A DNA stretch of 64,000 nucleotides. Origin: an uncultured Spirochaetota bacterium. Lineage in GTDB: Bacteria > Spirochaetota > Brevinematia > Brevinematales > JAOACQ01. This document shows, one piece after another, positions 49,826 to 61,007 of this stretch; position 1 is the first letter of the stretch, and every line of letters begins with the position of its first letter. The DNA lies in the NCBI GenBank assembly GCA_963783575.1, contig CAWAOD010000009.1, forward strand, positions 224,001 through 288,000, written 5' to 3'. The notes beneath the pieces are model-generated. The model had not been told where the DNA came from. It saw nothing but the letters and a program-made list of their open reading frames with translations, and made no database searches. The position numbers and the translations under genes are program-made.

Positions 49826-50935
49826 ATGAAAGTCCTGGTGATTAATTGGCGGGATATAAAAAATCCTGAGGCCGGCGGCGCCGAAATCCATATTGACGAG
49901 ATTCTAAAGAGAAAACCGCCTGAATGGGAAGTAGATTTTGTATCCGCAAGCTTTAAGGGAGCGCCTGCAGAGGAAGATATTAACGGTTATCATATCATCC
50001 GTATTCCCAATAATTTCCTTTTTAATTTTACATTTATTTACTATTGGTTTATGACATTCTCAAAAAATAATTACGATTTAATCATTGATGATATTTCTAA
50101 AATACCGCTTGCTACTCCGCTGTATATTAAAAATACGCCTATCGTTGCTGTTGACCATCATATTCATGGTAAAAGCTTATTTAAAGAATTACCGCTTTTA
50201 ATGGCTTTTTATGTATATATTCTGGAAAGATTTTTTTTAAATTTTTATACAATAATCCCCATAATTGCTGTTTCTGAAAGCACAAAAAAAGAATTGATTT
50301 CTATAAATAATTATAAAAAGATATTTGTATCTCATAATGGAATAGAATTTGAATTTTTAAAGCAAAATAATCCGCATTTAATTAAAAGAAGATCAAATAT
50401 TTTATATTTCGGCAGATTAAAGAGATATAAACGAATTGATCATATTATTCAAGCATTGTTGCTTATAAAAAAGAGAATCCCGGAAGCCGAACTGATAATT
50501 GCCGGAAAAGGAGATGATGAAGAAAGATTGAAAGAATTAGTTAATGAATTGAAACTAAATGAATCGGTACATTTCCTGGGTTTTATAAGCGATAATCAAA
50601 AATCGGAAATAATTCATGAATCGACAGTATTTATGATTGCATCGGAAAAAGAAGGATGGGGAATATCCGTACTTGAAGCAAACGCAGGCGGCTTACCGGT
50701 TATTGGATATGATGTGGAGGGATTAAGGGACTCTATTAAGGAAGGATATTCCGGTTTTTTGGCGGAAAACGGAAATATAGAAGAATTAGCTGGAAAAGCA
50801 ATTTTATTACTTGAAAATAAAGAATTAATGGATAGGATGTCCAATGAATCAATCGTCTGGGCTTCAAATTTTAGCTGGGATAATATGGCATTAAATTTTT
50901 ATAGAGTTATTAATTTAACTTTAGTTAAAGATTAA
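49826..50935 (+). CDS. Glycosyltransferase family 4
   Basis: NWRDIKNPEAGGAE, AVSESTK, GRL..YKR, EGWGISVLEA; ATG 49826 after GGAG. Confidence 0.92.
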   Translation: MKVLVINWRDIKNPEAGGAEIHIDEILKRKPPEWEVDFVSASFKGAPAEEDINGYHIIRIPNNFLFNFTFIYYWFMTFSKNNYDLIIDDISKIPLATPLYIKNTPIVAVDHHIHGKSLFKELPLLMAFYVYILERFFLNFYTIIPIIAVSESTKKELISINNYKKIFVSHNGIEFEFLKQNNPHLIKRRSNILYFGRLKRYKRIDHIIQALLLIKKRIPEAELIIAGKGDDEERLKELVNELKLNESVHFLGFISDNQKSEIIHESTVFMIASEKEGWGISVLEANAGGLPVIGYDVEGLRDSIKEGYSGFLAENGNIEELAGKAILLLENKELMDRMSNESIVWASNFSWDNMALNFYRVINLTLVKD

Positions 50936-50956
50936 TATCTTTTTTGGAGAGGATCT

Positions 50957-53311
50957 TTGAATTATTCATTTCATACTCTGGAATTCGATAAAGTAATACC
51001 GATTTTAGAAAAACATTTGAAAACTTATACGGGTAAAAAGAGCTTTAATACCATTAAACCTTTCACCGATCCTGAATCTTTAAGGGATGAACTTGAAACT
51101 GTTAAGCAAATGACTGAATATTTGAAATTTGACGGCAGTCTTTCTTTTGAGGAAACTGAAGAGATAGGAACTTCCCTAAAAAACGCCGGAATTGAAGGTT
51201 TTATTTTGGGGATTGACGAAATCCTGGAAATTAAAAAGACAATGGAAGTCTGGATTTCAAATTCGAATTCATTAAGAGCAATCTCAACGGCCGATCATAT
51301 AATAAAATACCCGAAGCTTTTGAATATGATCGAACTTGTTCCAATCCCAGCCGATCTTGTGAAGAGGCTTGGAAGAATAATTGACAACAACGGCAACATC
51401 TTTGACAACGCTTCGGAGGAATTAAAAAGGATAAGGAAAAGAAAATCCTCCGTCAGACAGGATATACAAAATAAGCTTAATACTGTCATGGACAGGGAAA
51501 ACATGAGGGGTGTGATCCGGGACAGGATCATTACGGTCCGCGACGGAAGGTTTGTCATACCGGTGCGTTCACAATTCAAAAACAAAGTACGTTCCGAATT
51601 GAATTATATTGTTCACTCATTTTCTGGAAGCGGCGAAACCAGTTATGTTGAACCGCAGGAAGTTCTTTACCTTAATAATGAACTTGTGGAAATAGATGAA
51701 CTTGAACTGATCGAGATTAGAAAAATACTAAGGGCGGTTACCTCAGAAATTGGGAATCAAGCCGCAGATATTAATATTCTATCGGAAGCCCTTGGAATTC
51801 TTGAATTTATCTATGCCCGCGCAAAATTCGCCGTTGAATTCAAGTGCGGTTTTCCGGAAATCATTGATGGACCTGCTTCTTTTAAATTAATTGATGCCTA
51901 TCACCCGCTTTTAGGAAAAATCGCAGTTCCTATCTCAATAGAAACCGGCTTTTCATATCAGGGCATAATTATCTCCGGACCCAATGCGGGGGGTAAAACC
52001 GTCGCATTAAAAACCGCCGGGCTTTTGCTGATGATGGTTCTTTGCGGTATACCTATCCCGGCCCACAGCGATTCTAAAATCGGAATCTTTACCGGCATTA
52101 TGGCAGAAATCGGCGATGAGCAAAGCATTTCCGAAAATCTTTCAAGTTTCTCCGGGCATATCAAAAATATCGCTTTAATTTTGAGCCAATGCGGAAGCGG
52201 TTCCCTTGTACTTATAGATGAACTTGCAAGTTCAACTGAGCCCAAGGAGGGTGAGGCGCTCGGAAGGGAAATCATCCGGTATCTGCTGGAAAAGGACGCG
52301 AAATTTATCATTACGACGCATTATCAGGGAATTAAAGAATTTGCATACAATGATAACCGGATAAGAAACGCTTTCGTTGAATTCGATGAGGAAAAGCTCA
52401 TTCCTCTTTATAAGCTTCATATGGGCGGCACCGGCAGCAGTTTCGCCCTCAAAGCGGCAATACAATACGGCCTGCCTGGCAGCGTAATCACCGGTGCTGA
52501 AGACTATTTAAACAGTAATTATTCCGATACCGATAAATTACTGAAAAACCTGGAACAGGAGAAAAATCTTTTATACAAACAAAAGGAGATCGTTGCGGAT
52601 CAGATCATGAAAGCAAGAACGATCAAGGATGAATACGATAAAATCCTCAAAGAGATCACCGAAGAGAAAAAAATTATGGACAGAAAAGGAGTGGGCCTTC
52701 TCAGGAAAGAGCTTGATGACGCTTTGAAAGAGCTTTCACAGCTAAAAAAAGAAATGCGGCAGAAAGGCGATAAGGACATCAAAAATATAGACAACAGGAT
52801 GGAGGATATCCGGGAAGTTTTAAAATCAGCCGAGGTAGAGATTTTAAAAGATGAAAAAAAACATCCACCTGAATTAAAAGCCGGCCAAACCGTTTATGTT
52901 GGAAGCCTCAGGAAAATGGGATATATTGAAGAATCAAGCGGTGATAAAGTGAAAGTCCGGTTGGGAATAATAAGCGCAATAGTCGATAAAGACGACCTTT
53001 ATCAGCCTAATGAGGAAACCGTCAGCCAAGAAAAGAAGACATACCGGACTTCCATAGAAATCAATGCCGCTCCTTTTCTGATAGATATTCGCGGTAAAAG
53101 CTATGAAGAAGCATTGAAAATCGTGGAGAAAAGCCTGGATTCAGCGGTAGCCGGAGGTATGCAGACAATGCATATAATTCATGGTAAGGGTGAAGGCATC
53201 TTAAGAAAAGCAGTCTGGGATTATCTGAAGCATCAGAATTTTGTAAAAAGCTATCAATTTGCCAGGCCGGAAGAAGGCGGGCAGGGAAAGACGATAGTGA
53301 TACTGAAGTAG
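50957..53311 (+). CDS. mutS2: MutS2 family ATPase with Smr domain
   Basis: ISGPNAGGKT, IGDEQSI..LSSFS, IDELASSTEP.EG, TTHY, IHGKGEGILR, GGQG. Confidence 0.95.
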   Translation: MNYSFHTLEFDKVIPILEKHLKTYTGKKSFNTIKPFTDPESLRDELETVKQMTEYLKFDGSLSFEETEEIGTSLKNAGIEGFILGIDEILEIKKTMEVWISNSNSLRAISTADHIIKYPKLLNMIELVPIPADLVKRLGRIIDNNGNIFDNASEELKRIRKRKSSVRQDIQNKLNTVMDRENMRGVIRDRIITVRDGRFVIPVRSQFKNKVRSELNYIVHSFSGSGETSYVEPQEVLYLNNELVEIDELELIEIRKILRAVTSEIGNQAADINILSEALGILEFIYARAKFAVEFKCGFPEIIDGPASFKLIDAYHPLLGKIAVPISIETGFSYQGIIISGPNAGGKTVALKTAGLLLMMVLCGIPIPAHSDSKIGIFTGIMAEIGDEQSISENLSSFSGHIKNIALILSQCGSGSLVLIDELASSTEPKEGEALGREIIRYLLEKDAKFIITTHYQGIKEFAYNDNRIRNAFVEFDEEKLIPLYKLHMGGTGSSFALKAAIQYGLPGSVITGAEDYLNSNYSDTDKLLKNLEQEKNLLYKQKEIVADQIMKARTIKDEYDKILKEITEEKKIMDRKGVGLLRKELDDALKELSQLKKEMRQKGDKDIKNIDNRMEDIREVLKSAEVEILKDEKKHPPELKAGQTVYVGSLRKMGYIEESSGDKVKVRLGIISAIVDKDDLYQPNEETVSQEKKTYRTSIEINAAPFLIDIRGKSYEEALKIVEKSLDSAVAGGMQTMHIIHGKGEGILRKAVWDYLKHQNFVKSYQFARPEEGGQGKTIVILK

Positions 53312-53419
53312 ATCTAAGGATTGACCTTTGGAAGAATCTGCGAGTGTAAAATCAAAATCGAAGATTAATGCTTTTCAAATTTCTTATATCCAATAAATGT
53401 CATAAATTTCTAAACTCTT

Positions 53420-54211
53420 TCATATCATCTTTGCCATTAAAGCTATCACATGAGCGGCCGGTATAAGAAGGAAAATCGAAATAAATGAGCCCATAATTCT
53501 TGTAACGACCATTCCTACAACATTTGTCCGGTATAGGGATTCACTGCATTTCCCAAGAACAACATCGTCAGTCATTGCGGAAAGGTAGGGATCTATGAAA
53601 ATCGTCATTAAAACGGTGGCAAATCCGTTAATAATCGCGGACAGGGTTATACAGGTGGCTCTGAGGCTCGGCTCTATGCTTCCCGCATAAATCGGTGCAA
53701 GCGTACCGACGGTCAGGAGGGCGACTGTGATAATATTAAAGAAAAGAATATTGAAAGAGATGTTTTTAAGGTTCAGTTTTGTTATATTTTCTTTAACAGG
53801 TAGGGTTATGCTGCCGATTACATTTTTTATACCGTTTTTGGAAAAGATATGGAGAAGAAGTTTCCCCATCGATCTGTCTACTGAAAAAGAAGAAACCATC
53901 TTTGTAAAAATCCTCTGGAAAGTCGGGATCAAAAAAGCTCCTAAAATTGTTGCAGCAAATGTACTGAGAAGTATTAAAATAAAGATATTATATAAATCGC
54001 CTGATTTTGGGTTTTTTTCGACGAATTTCGTAAGAAGCGGAAGCTGGAACGTTATTGATGTCCTTGAAATAAGGATCAATATATTGAAAAGCGAATATGA
54101 TACTGCAATTTTACCTGTACGAATGCCGACAATCCTTACGGCATAAGCAAGTGTTCCGATCACGGCAATAATCATATTAAGACTTATAACAATAATAATT
54201 TGCATATGCAT
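53420..54211 (-). CDS. amj: Amj family alternative lipid II flippase (DUF2837)
   Basis: IGTLAYAVRIVGIRTG.IAVS..LFN...SRT, LS.IING.AT....FIDP..S.MTDD. Confidence 0.85.
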   Translation of the reverse strand: MHMQIIIVISLNMIIAVIGTLAYAVRIVGIRTGKIAVSYSLFNILILISRTSITFQLPLLTKFVEKNPKSGDLYNIFILILLSTFAATILGAFLIPTFQRIFTKMVSSFSVDRSMGKLLLHIFSKNGIKNVIGSITLPVKENITKLNLKNISFNILFFNIITVALLTVGTLAPIYAGSIEPSLRATCITLSAIINGFATVLMTIFIDPYLSAMTDDVVLGKCSESLYRTNVVGMVVTRIMGSFISIFLLIPAAHVIALMAKMI

Positions 54212-54448
54212 TTTAAATATCTCCTGAAAAAGTTTCAGTTCTCAATAAAGATTACTATGGTACATGGTTTAACTAATCATTTTATAAGACAGGTTCAAAT
54301 AAGTCAAAGCATCTTTAATTTTACAAATTTATACTTTTTATCGGCATCTTGCTATTTTTATTCCTTGCCGTTACAATAATTGTTTGAATATTGAGTCTGA
54401 TGCCGCCGGGAAATTATAGCGGCAAAGGGCTGCATTTCAGAGGATGAA

Positions 54449-56167
54449 ATGGCAGTTTATCGGAGAGTATTATCATATGCTCTCAAGTATAAGTTTTTGG
54501 TAATTTTTTGCGTAATATTTGCAGTTGTATCGGCACTCAGTAAAGTAGGTACTACTCTGGCCGGAACCAGCTTCTTCTCAGATAACTTCATCGATAAGAA
54601 CATTGAAAACATAAAAATTCAGTCCATTCTTCTTTTAATCGGAGGAGTTTTTCTATGGGCTTCCTCTCACTACTTTATTTTTATATGTTCCAATACGCTT
54701 TCTTCAAGCGTGATGCATGATATAAGAAAGGATATTTTTGAAAAACTGGTTGATCTGCCGATTTCTTATTATAAAAAGAACAGGACCGGTGAAATTCTTT
54801 CGCGTCTTCTCAACGATATGGGAATAATAGAGATATTTTTCATGAATATCGCCGTGGAACTTTTGCAGCAGCCTATGATTATTATTATGGTAGTTTCGGT
54901 AATGCTCGCGAAAAACACGAGAATATCCCTGTATTTATTCTCAATAGTCCCCGTGATAGGACTTGTCCTATGGGGGATAGGTTCGCTGGTCCAGCGGCTG
55001 AGCATGAGCGTACAAAAAAATATTTCCTCGATCACGTCCAATATCCAGGAGTCGATTTATGGGATCGAGGTAATAAAGGGTTATGGGGTGGAATCATCCA
55101 TAAAGGAGAAGTTTTCGAGAACTAATGATATTTATCTAAAATCCAGTAAAAGAGAAATAAAGATACGTTTCCTGGGAACCCCTTCTTCCGAATTCCTTGG
55201 GAGTATGGCTGTTATATTGATTCTTGTTCTTGGGGCGGTGAGTGTGCAAAGGCATGTCGCCACTTCAAGTGAAATCCTGAGTTTTATAGCATTATCTCTT
55301 CTTCTTGCCGAACCTCTCAGCCGTACCAGTGATATTTTTATGATCTTAAAAAAATTAAGCTCTGCCGCGCATAGAATTTTTGAGATCATTGACTATGAGG
55401 AAAGAGAGGATGTTTCCAGGCCCGGGATCGGCAAAATACAGGGCGGCATAGAATTTAAAAACGTCAGTTTTGAATACGATACCGGAATGTCAACACTCCG
55501 GGATATCAGCCTCAGCATAAAACCCGGCGAAACTGTAGCGATTGTCGGCCATAGCGGGGCGGGAAAATCATCGTTAATATCATTGATTCCGGCTTTTTAT
55601 AAATGCACAAAAGGCACTGTTTTGATTGATGGCCTGGATATTAATCTTTATAACCCTGTTTCAATAAGAAAACAGATCGGGCTTGTTACCCAGGATAATA
55701 TTCTATTTTCCGGATCAATAATGGAAAATATCAAATTATCAAAGCCCGGCGCCAGTGAGGATGAAGTTGTAGAAGCTGCGGAGCTGGCTTTTGCCCATTC
55801 TTTTGTTACAAAATTGCCTGAAGGCTACAATACCATGCTGGGAGACCGCGGCGTCAGGCTTTCCGGCGGAGAAAAACAGAGGATAGCTCTTGCGAGAGCT
55901 TTATTAAGAAAACCGGGCATTCTGATACTGGATGAAGCAACAAGTTCGCTTGATGCCGAATCCGAAAACCTAATTCAAAAAGCTATGAAACGTATTTTAG
56001 GCAGACAAACCACAATCATTGTTACGCATAAACTGGCCACTATATCGGATGCGGACAGTATTATCGTAATGGAAGAAGGAAAAATTATCGAGACGGGAAA
56101 TCATAGGGAATTGATTGATAACGGCGGGATATATAAAAGGCTGATAGGCCTGCAGATAAATGTCTGA
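54449..56167 (+). CDS. ABC transporter permease/ATPase, MsbA-like
   Basis: TM domain plus GHSGAGKS, LSGGEKQR, LDEATSSLD, THKL. Confidence 0.9.
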   Translation: MAVYRRVLSYALKYKFLVIFCVIFAVVSALSKVGTTLAGTSFFSDNFIDKNIENIKIQSILLLIGGVFLWASSHYFIFICSNTLSSSVMHDIRKDIFEKLVDLPISYYKKNRTGEILSRLLNDMGIIEIFFMNIAVELLQQPMIIIMVVSVMLAKNTRISLYLFSIVPVIGLVLWGIGSLVQRLSMSVQKNISSITSNIQESIYGIEVIKGYGVESSIKEKFSRTNDIYLKSSKREIKIRFLGTPSSEFLGSMAVILILVLGAVSVQRHVATSSEILSFIALSLLLAEPLSRTSDIFMILKKLSSAAHRIFEIIDYEEREDVSRPGIGKIQGGIEFKNVSFEYDTGMSTLRDISLSIKPGETVAIVGHSGAGKSSLISLIPAFYKCTKGTVLIDGLDINLYNPVSIRKQIGLVTQDNILFSGSIMENIKLSKPGASEDEVVEAAELAFAHSFVTKLPEGYNTMLGDRGVRLSGGEKQRIALARALLRKPGILILDEATSSLDAESENLIQKAMKRILGRQTTIIVTHKLATISDADSIIVMEEGKIIETGNHRELIDNGGIYKRLIGLQINV

Positions 56168-56275
56168 GATGCAGATTCCGGTTCAGCCTGGACTAAAATA
56201 AGAAATTTATATATATTTAACATAATTATGTTATATTAAAAGTTAAAAAAACGTTTTAATCTATGAGGTTTATTA

Positions 56276-58285
56276 ATGACATTTATTTATAGAAGTTTAA
56301 GGTTTATTATTTTCCTTATTTTTACACTTCTTTTCCTGTCCTGTGACGACTTTTTATTAAAAAAGACTGTAAATGTGCAATACCTTGAAGGCGAGATAAA
56401 TTATGATCCCTCAACCGCCTCTATTTCGGGCAGGCTGGCCTATGATATACAAAACAATCAAACCGTTACTCTCCATGAGATTTATTTCATTTCACACAAT
56501 CTTGTTTCACTGGATTATGTAACTTATAACGGTGATGTTATGCGATTCGAACAGGGGCTGGGTTACGGAAGCGGAATTTACAGGATAAGGATACCGCAGC
56601 TGAAAAGCGGGGAGAAAGCGAGGGTGGAATTAAAATTCCGCCTTGAAGGACCTGTGGAAGAAGACCGTTTTTTACTCACGAAAGATAATGTATTTATCGA
56701 TGCTGAAAAAATATGGCTACCGGTGCCTTTCGCGCAGAAGCCTGAATTTTTGTACTCGATAAAGATAAAAACACCGGAGGATTATTATGCGGTAATCGGC
56801 GCAAGGATAAAGGAAGAAACCGTTAAAAACGGGAAGAGAGTAAGCTCCTGGGAAAGTGAAACCCCGAATGTGCTTTTAACCGGAAATATTTTTATCAGTA
56901 AATTCAACCGTCAGAAAGAAGGCAATATCTACTTATATTCCGTAACTACCAATTATTCCGATGTTATTTTTAAATATTCGGCAAAGGTATTGGACACTTT
57001 ATCCAATTTTCTCGGCCCGTATGCTCTAAGCCAGCTCCATATAGTAAATGAAATGTTCCAGTATAATGATATGGAGGAATTCATCGACGGGGAGGCAATG
57101 GCGAATATAATAGAAATATCTCCGGATTTGACAGCTAATGATTTATTGAATGAAAATACCGTTAGCTCATCTTTAAGTCCTGATATTCCTAGAAAGAGTG
57201 TCTGGAAAATATTCGAAACTCTTGCTCATGAGATGAGTCATACCTATATTCGGGGTATTCTTAAATTTGATGATGACAGTTATCTTGAATCGGAATCCAT
57301 GACCGAATTTATGGGACTTGATATAATTTCTCAGGATGATAAAAATATCTATAACAAGTTCATTCAAAGAAACCGGATTGAACTAATCAATCTAGACCTT
57401 GCAAAAGATTCACATATCGATCAAATAAAATATATTTACGGAATAAATTGTCTTTCAGCTGCTTTTTATTCTAGTGAAGAATTATTTTTCACATTTCTCA
57501 AAACGCTGATTGAAAAATACAAATATACAGACATAAAAGTTGACGAATTGATTCTTACCGCCCAGGAAATGAATGATGCGGCTTTAAAAAAAATCAATTC
57601 AGAATCAACCAATTCAAATGAAAATATAATTGACTACGAAGCGCTCAAACTTTGGAGTAAATACGAACTTTACAATCTTGCTCTTTCCAATACAATTATA
57701 CAGATAACAAATATCCAGATAATAAATATCCATAAGAAAAAAACAATTATAGAAGACAAAATCCTCTGCTTTTTAAATAATGATTTTCCGATAAACATTG
57801 ATGTAACAATGTATGAGAATTTTTCAAGCAATACCGTAACGAACATAATAAGCATGACTAAAAACTCCGAGACTAATTTTATCTTCGATAAGGATTTGAA
57901 ATCGGTTGAAATCACATCTCATTATGATATGCTTGAAAAAAATCTTTCCGATAACCGTATTGACTTTGAAAAAAATAATTCCAATGAAATCATTGAAGAC
58001 ATAAACAATTTCTATAACGGTCAGAAAACCGGTAAGGCTGTAATTTTCGATAAGTCCGCCGCCAATCAGCAGGGCTGGAGGAACCTTTATGATGATAGGG
58101 AAGCAAGCCTTTTAATAAAAACAAATATCAGCTTCCGGTTTGATAAAGTAAGGGAAAATGATGATGAAATTTATCTTCAGGCATATAAAATGTTGGATGG
58201 AAAACCTTTTTCGTACGTGGTATTCAAAGGCAGGAAACTTAAGGATAAATGTAATATGATCGCCGTTATTGACCCGGTTTTATAA
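56276..58285 (+). CDS. Lipoprotein, M1-like (gluzincin) metallopeptidase
   Basis: LFLSC lipobox; AHEMSH followed about 18 residues later by ES..EF. Confidence 0.7.
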   Translation: MTFIYRSLRFIIFLIFTLLFLSCDDFLLKKTVNVQYLEGEINYDPSTASISGRLAYDIQNNQTVTLHEIYFISHNLVSLDYVTYNGDVMRFEQGLGYGSGIYRIRIPQLKSGEKARVELKFRLEGPVEEDRFLLTKDNVFIDAEKIWLPVPFAQKPEFLYSIKIKTPEDYYAVIGARIKEETVKNGKRVSSWESETPNVLLTGNIFISKFNRQKEGNIYLYSVTTNYSDVIFKYSAKVLDTLSNFLGPYALSQLHIVNEMFQYNDMEEFIDGEAMANIIEISPDLTANDLLNENTVSSSLSPDIPRKSVWKIFETLAHEMSHTYIRGILKFDDDSYLESESMTEFMGLDIISQDDKNIYNKFIQRNRIELINLDLAKDSHIDQIKYIYGINCLSAAFYSSEELFFTFLKTLIEKYKYTDIKVDELILTAQEMNDAALKKINSESTNSNENIIDYEALKLWSKYELYNLALSNTIIQITNIQIINIHKKKTIIEDKILCFLNNDFPINIDVTMYENFSSNTVTNIISMTKNSETNFIFDKDLKSVEITSHYDMLEKNLSDNRIDFEKNNSNEIIEDINNFYNGQKTGKAVIFDKSAANQQGWRNLYDDREASLLIKTNISFRFDKVRENDDEIYLQAYKMLDGKPFSYVVFKGRKLKDKCNMIAVIDPVL

Positions 58286-58303
58286 GGTTTTACAGATATA
58301 ATT

Positions 58304-59302
58304 ATGGAATTAAAAATAAATAGTTCCGAAAGCGGCCAGAAGTTATTAAAATATCTTCTGCGGAAAACAGACGGTTCAAAAGTTTTTCTTTATAAAATGT
58401 TTAGAAAGAGGAATGTCAAAGTTAATGGTTTGGCAGCCGATCAAAATTATTTGACCAAATCCGGTGATATTGTATACATGCCGGGAGTCCGGGAAAATAT
58501 CAATAATAATAAATTCAGGAATGTGGAACCGGATATTATGGTTTTATACCTGGATGAGAATTTGGCCGCTATTGATAAAGATGAAGATACATTAGTACAT
58601 GGAGCAAAAGGCATCCAATACCGGGATACGCTTGTTGAAAAACTGAAATCATATCTTTATTATAATAAAGAACCTTATGATTTTGTAATTCCTCTTCACC
58701 GGATAGACCGGAATACAAGAGGTGTTGTTTTATTTGCACGGAATTTCGAGACCTCAAAAAAATACTCGCAGCTTTTCAAAGAGGGAAAGATTACAAAAAT
58801 ATATCATGTTTTATTAAACGGCATACTTGAAAAGACTTTATTTATTGAAGCGGATATAATCCGTTTCGGTAATGAAGAGGATGAATACAACAAAGTTGAG
58901 GTTAAAAATCTTTCGATTTCCGAAAAGATCCCTTCTAAAAAGGAATGGCTGGAAATGAAATACAGCAAATCAAAAAGTATATCGGCTACCCTTATCCGGC
59001 CTGTTTCTTTTGCCACCGGCAGGACAAAAGCCGAGGTCACAATCTGGACCGGAAGACATCATCAGATAAGGGCAATTTGCGAGGCAATAGGCTTTCCAGT
59101 AGCGGGTGATAAAAAATACTGCGCAAGAAAGCAATACCAGGGATTAAAAAATAAAATCCCCCATAGCAAAATTAAGGGTAATTTATCCGCGCCGGTTATT
59201 GAACCGAAAAGCCAGGCGCTTATATGTAAAAAAATGATTATTGAAGAAATTGGCTTGACGATTGAGAGTAGACAATCTCTGGACAATTTATTATTATTTT
59301 AG
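58304..59302 (+). CDS. RluA family pseudouridine synthase with S4-like N-terminus
   Basis: HRIDRNTRG catalytic motif, TGRHHQIR, P.AGD.KY. Confidence 0.92.
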   Translation: MELKINSSESGQKLLKYLLRKTDGSKVFLYKMFRKRNVKVNGLAADQNYLTKSGDIVYMPGVRENINNNKFRNVEPDIMVLYLDENLAAIDKDEDTLVHGAKGIQYRDTLVEKLKSYLYYNKEPYDFVIPLHRIDRNTRGVVLFARNFETSKKYSQLFKEGKITKIYHVLLNGILEKTLFIEADIIRFGNEEDEYNKVEVKNLSISEKIPSKKEWLEMKYSKSKSISATLIRPVSFATGRTKAEVTIWTGRHHQIRAICEAIGFPVAGDKKYCARKQYQGLKNKIPHSKIKGNLSAPVIEPKSQALICKKMIIEEIGLTIESRQSLDNLLLF

Positions 59303-59414
59303 CAAGCGTGAAGCTTGGCCCTTATTAATAATCGATTATATATGTTAATAATATTAATTAAAAACTATGGAAGCAACATCATGTTGCTGAATTTATTAAT
59401 TTTGAGGTAATTAG

Positions 59415-60997
59415 ATGGAAATCAAAACATTCGAGGAAATGGGGCTTTCGGTAAAAACTCTGAAAGCGATTGAAGAAATGGGCTATATTGAGCCTTCACC
59501 GATTCAAAGCATGGCTATTCCTGTAATAATGAAGGGGAAGGATGTTATTGGACAGGCGCAGACCGGGACCGGAAAGACCGCCGCGTTCGGTATACCGATA
59601 CTGGAAATGATGGATTATAAATCAAACGAGATTCAGGCCGTTGTGATGACCCCGACAAGGGAACTTGCCATCCAGGTCGCGGAAGAGATCAACAAGATCG
59701 CGAAGCATCACAAGGGCATAAATATAGTGCCGATTTACGGCGGGCAGGCGATAGACCGGCAGATAAGGGCTTTAAGACAGGGAGTTCAGGTGGTTATCGG
59801 TACCCCGGGAAGAATGCTCGACCATCTTAACCGCGGCACAATGCGCCTTGATTCCGTAAAATTTACGGTACTGGATGAAGCTGATGAAATGCTTGATATG
59901 GGGTTCCTTGATGATATGAAAGAGATCCTGAGCAGAATCAGCAATCCCGACAGGCAGGTTGTTATGTTTTCGGCCACAATGCCTTCGGAAATTCTTCAGC
60001 TCGCAAAAAAATTCCAGAAAGATCCTGAGCTTATCAAGATCGTGCATAAGGAACTGACGGTCCCGATGGTAAAGCAGTATTATTATGAGGTAAGGGAGCA
60101 TGACAAACCTGAAATACTTACCCGGCTTATAGATTTTTATGATCCGGGGCTCGCCATCGTTTTTGTAAAAACCAAACTTGGCGCCGAGGATTTGAAGGAA
60201 AAGATACACGCCGCAGGATATTCCGTCGAAGGCCTGCATGGCGATATGAAGCAGACCCAGAGGGATTTTGTAATGAAAAGATTCAGGAAGCGTGATTTTG
60301 AAATCCTGATTGCGACAGATGTCGCGGCAAGGGGAATTGATGTTGACGATATCGATATAGTCTTCAATTACGACCTCCCGCAGGATGAGGAATACTACGT
60401 TCACCGTATCGGAAGAACGGCCAGGGCAGGCAAAGACGGCCTTGCGATAAGTTTTGTCAGTATGAAGGAATTCAGGAAGCTTAAAGATATAGAACGCTTT
60501 ATAAAAACCAGGATTGAAAGGAAAAGCATACCGACGCTTAAGGATGTGGAGCATATGCGCAATCAGTCCTTTATTTCCTCGGTTAAAGAAAGCATAGATA
60601 CAGGGAGCCTTGACAAATATATCACGATGATCTCTGATATGCTGGGGGATTACACATCAATTGAAGTCGCCGCGGCTCTAATGAAAATGATGACGGAAAA
60701 GAAAACAAGCGATTCCGGTTCAAGTGAGGAATTATTTGAGGCGACGGACGATGAATTTGTCCGTTTTTCATGACAATCGGCAAGAAGGACGGAATCGGCA
60801 TAAAAGAACTCATCAGTTTCATATATGAAACATCGGGAATCCAGGGGCGGGATATCGGCGATATTACATTCCTTGAAAAATTCTCGTTTGTCAATATTCC
60901 GTCTGTTTCTGCCGCGGATTTCTTGGAATCGGTCGGCAAATCAAAATTTAAAGGCAGGAAGATCCATGTTGAAGTTGCCAATAAAAGAATGAATTGA
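59415..60997 (+). CDS. deaD: DEAD-box RNA helicase with DbpA RNA-binding domain, split by a -1 frameshift
   Basis: AQTGTGKT, PTRELA, DEAD, SAT, HRIGRTAR in 59415-60773; DbpA-like IGKKDG...IG.I..FSFV in 60770-60997; one extra T at 60764-60768 gives ~527 aa. Confidence 0.9.
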
Positions 60998-61007
60998 GGA
61001 AACTATT

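Noticed and set aside
54395..54440. Possible riboswitch upstream of the MsbA-like gene (tgccgc...gcggca hairpin)
   Set aside because: Single short stem; lacks conserved motifs of c-di-GMP or other riboswitches I can recognise
59772..60554. 260-aa antisense ORF inside deaD
   Set aside because: Shadow frame of a conserved gene; no RBS or recognisable domain
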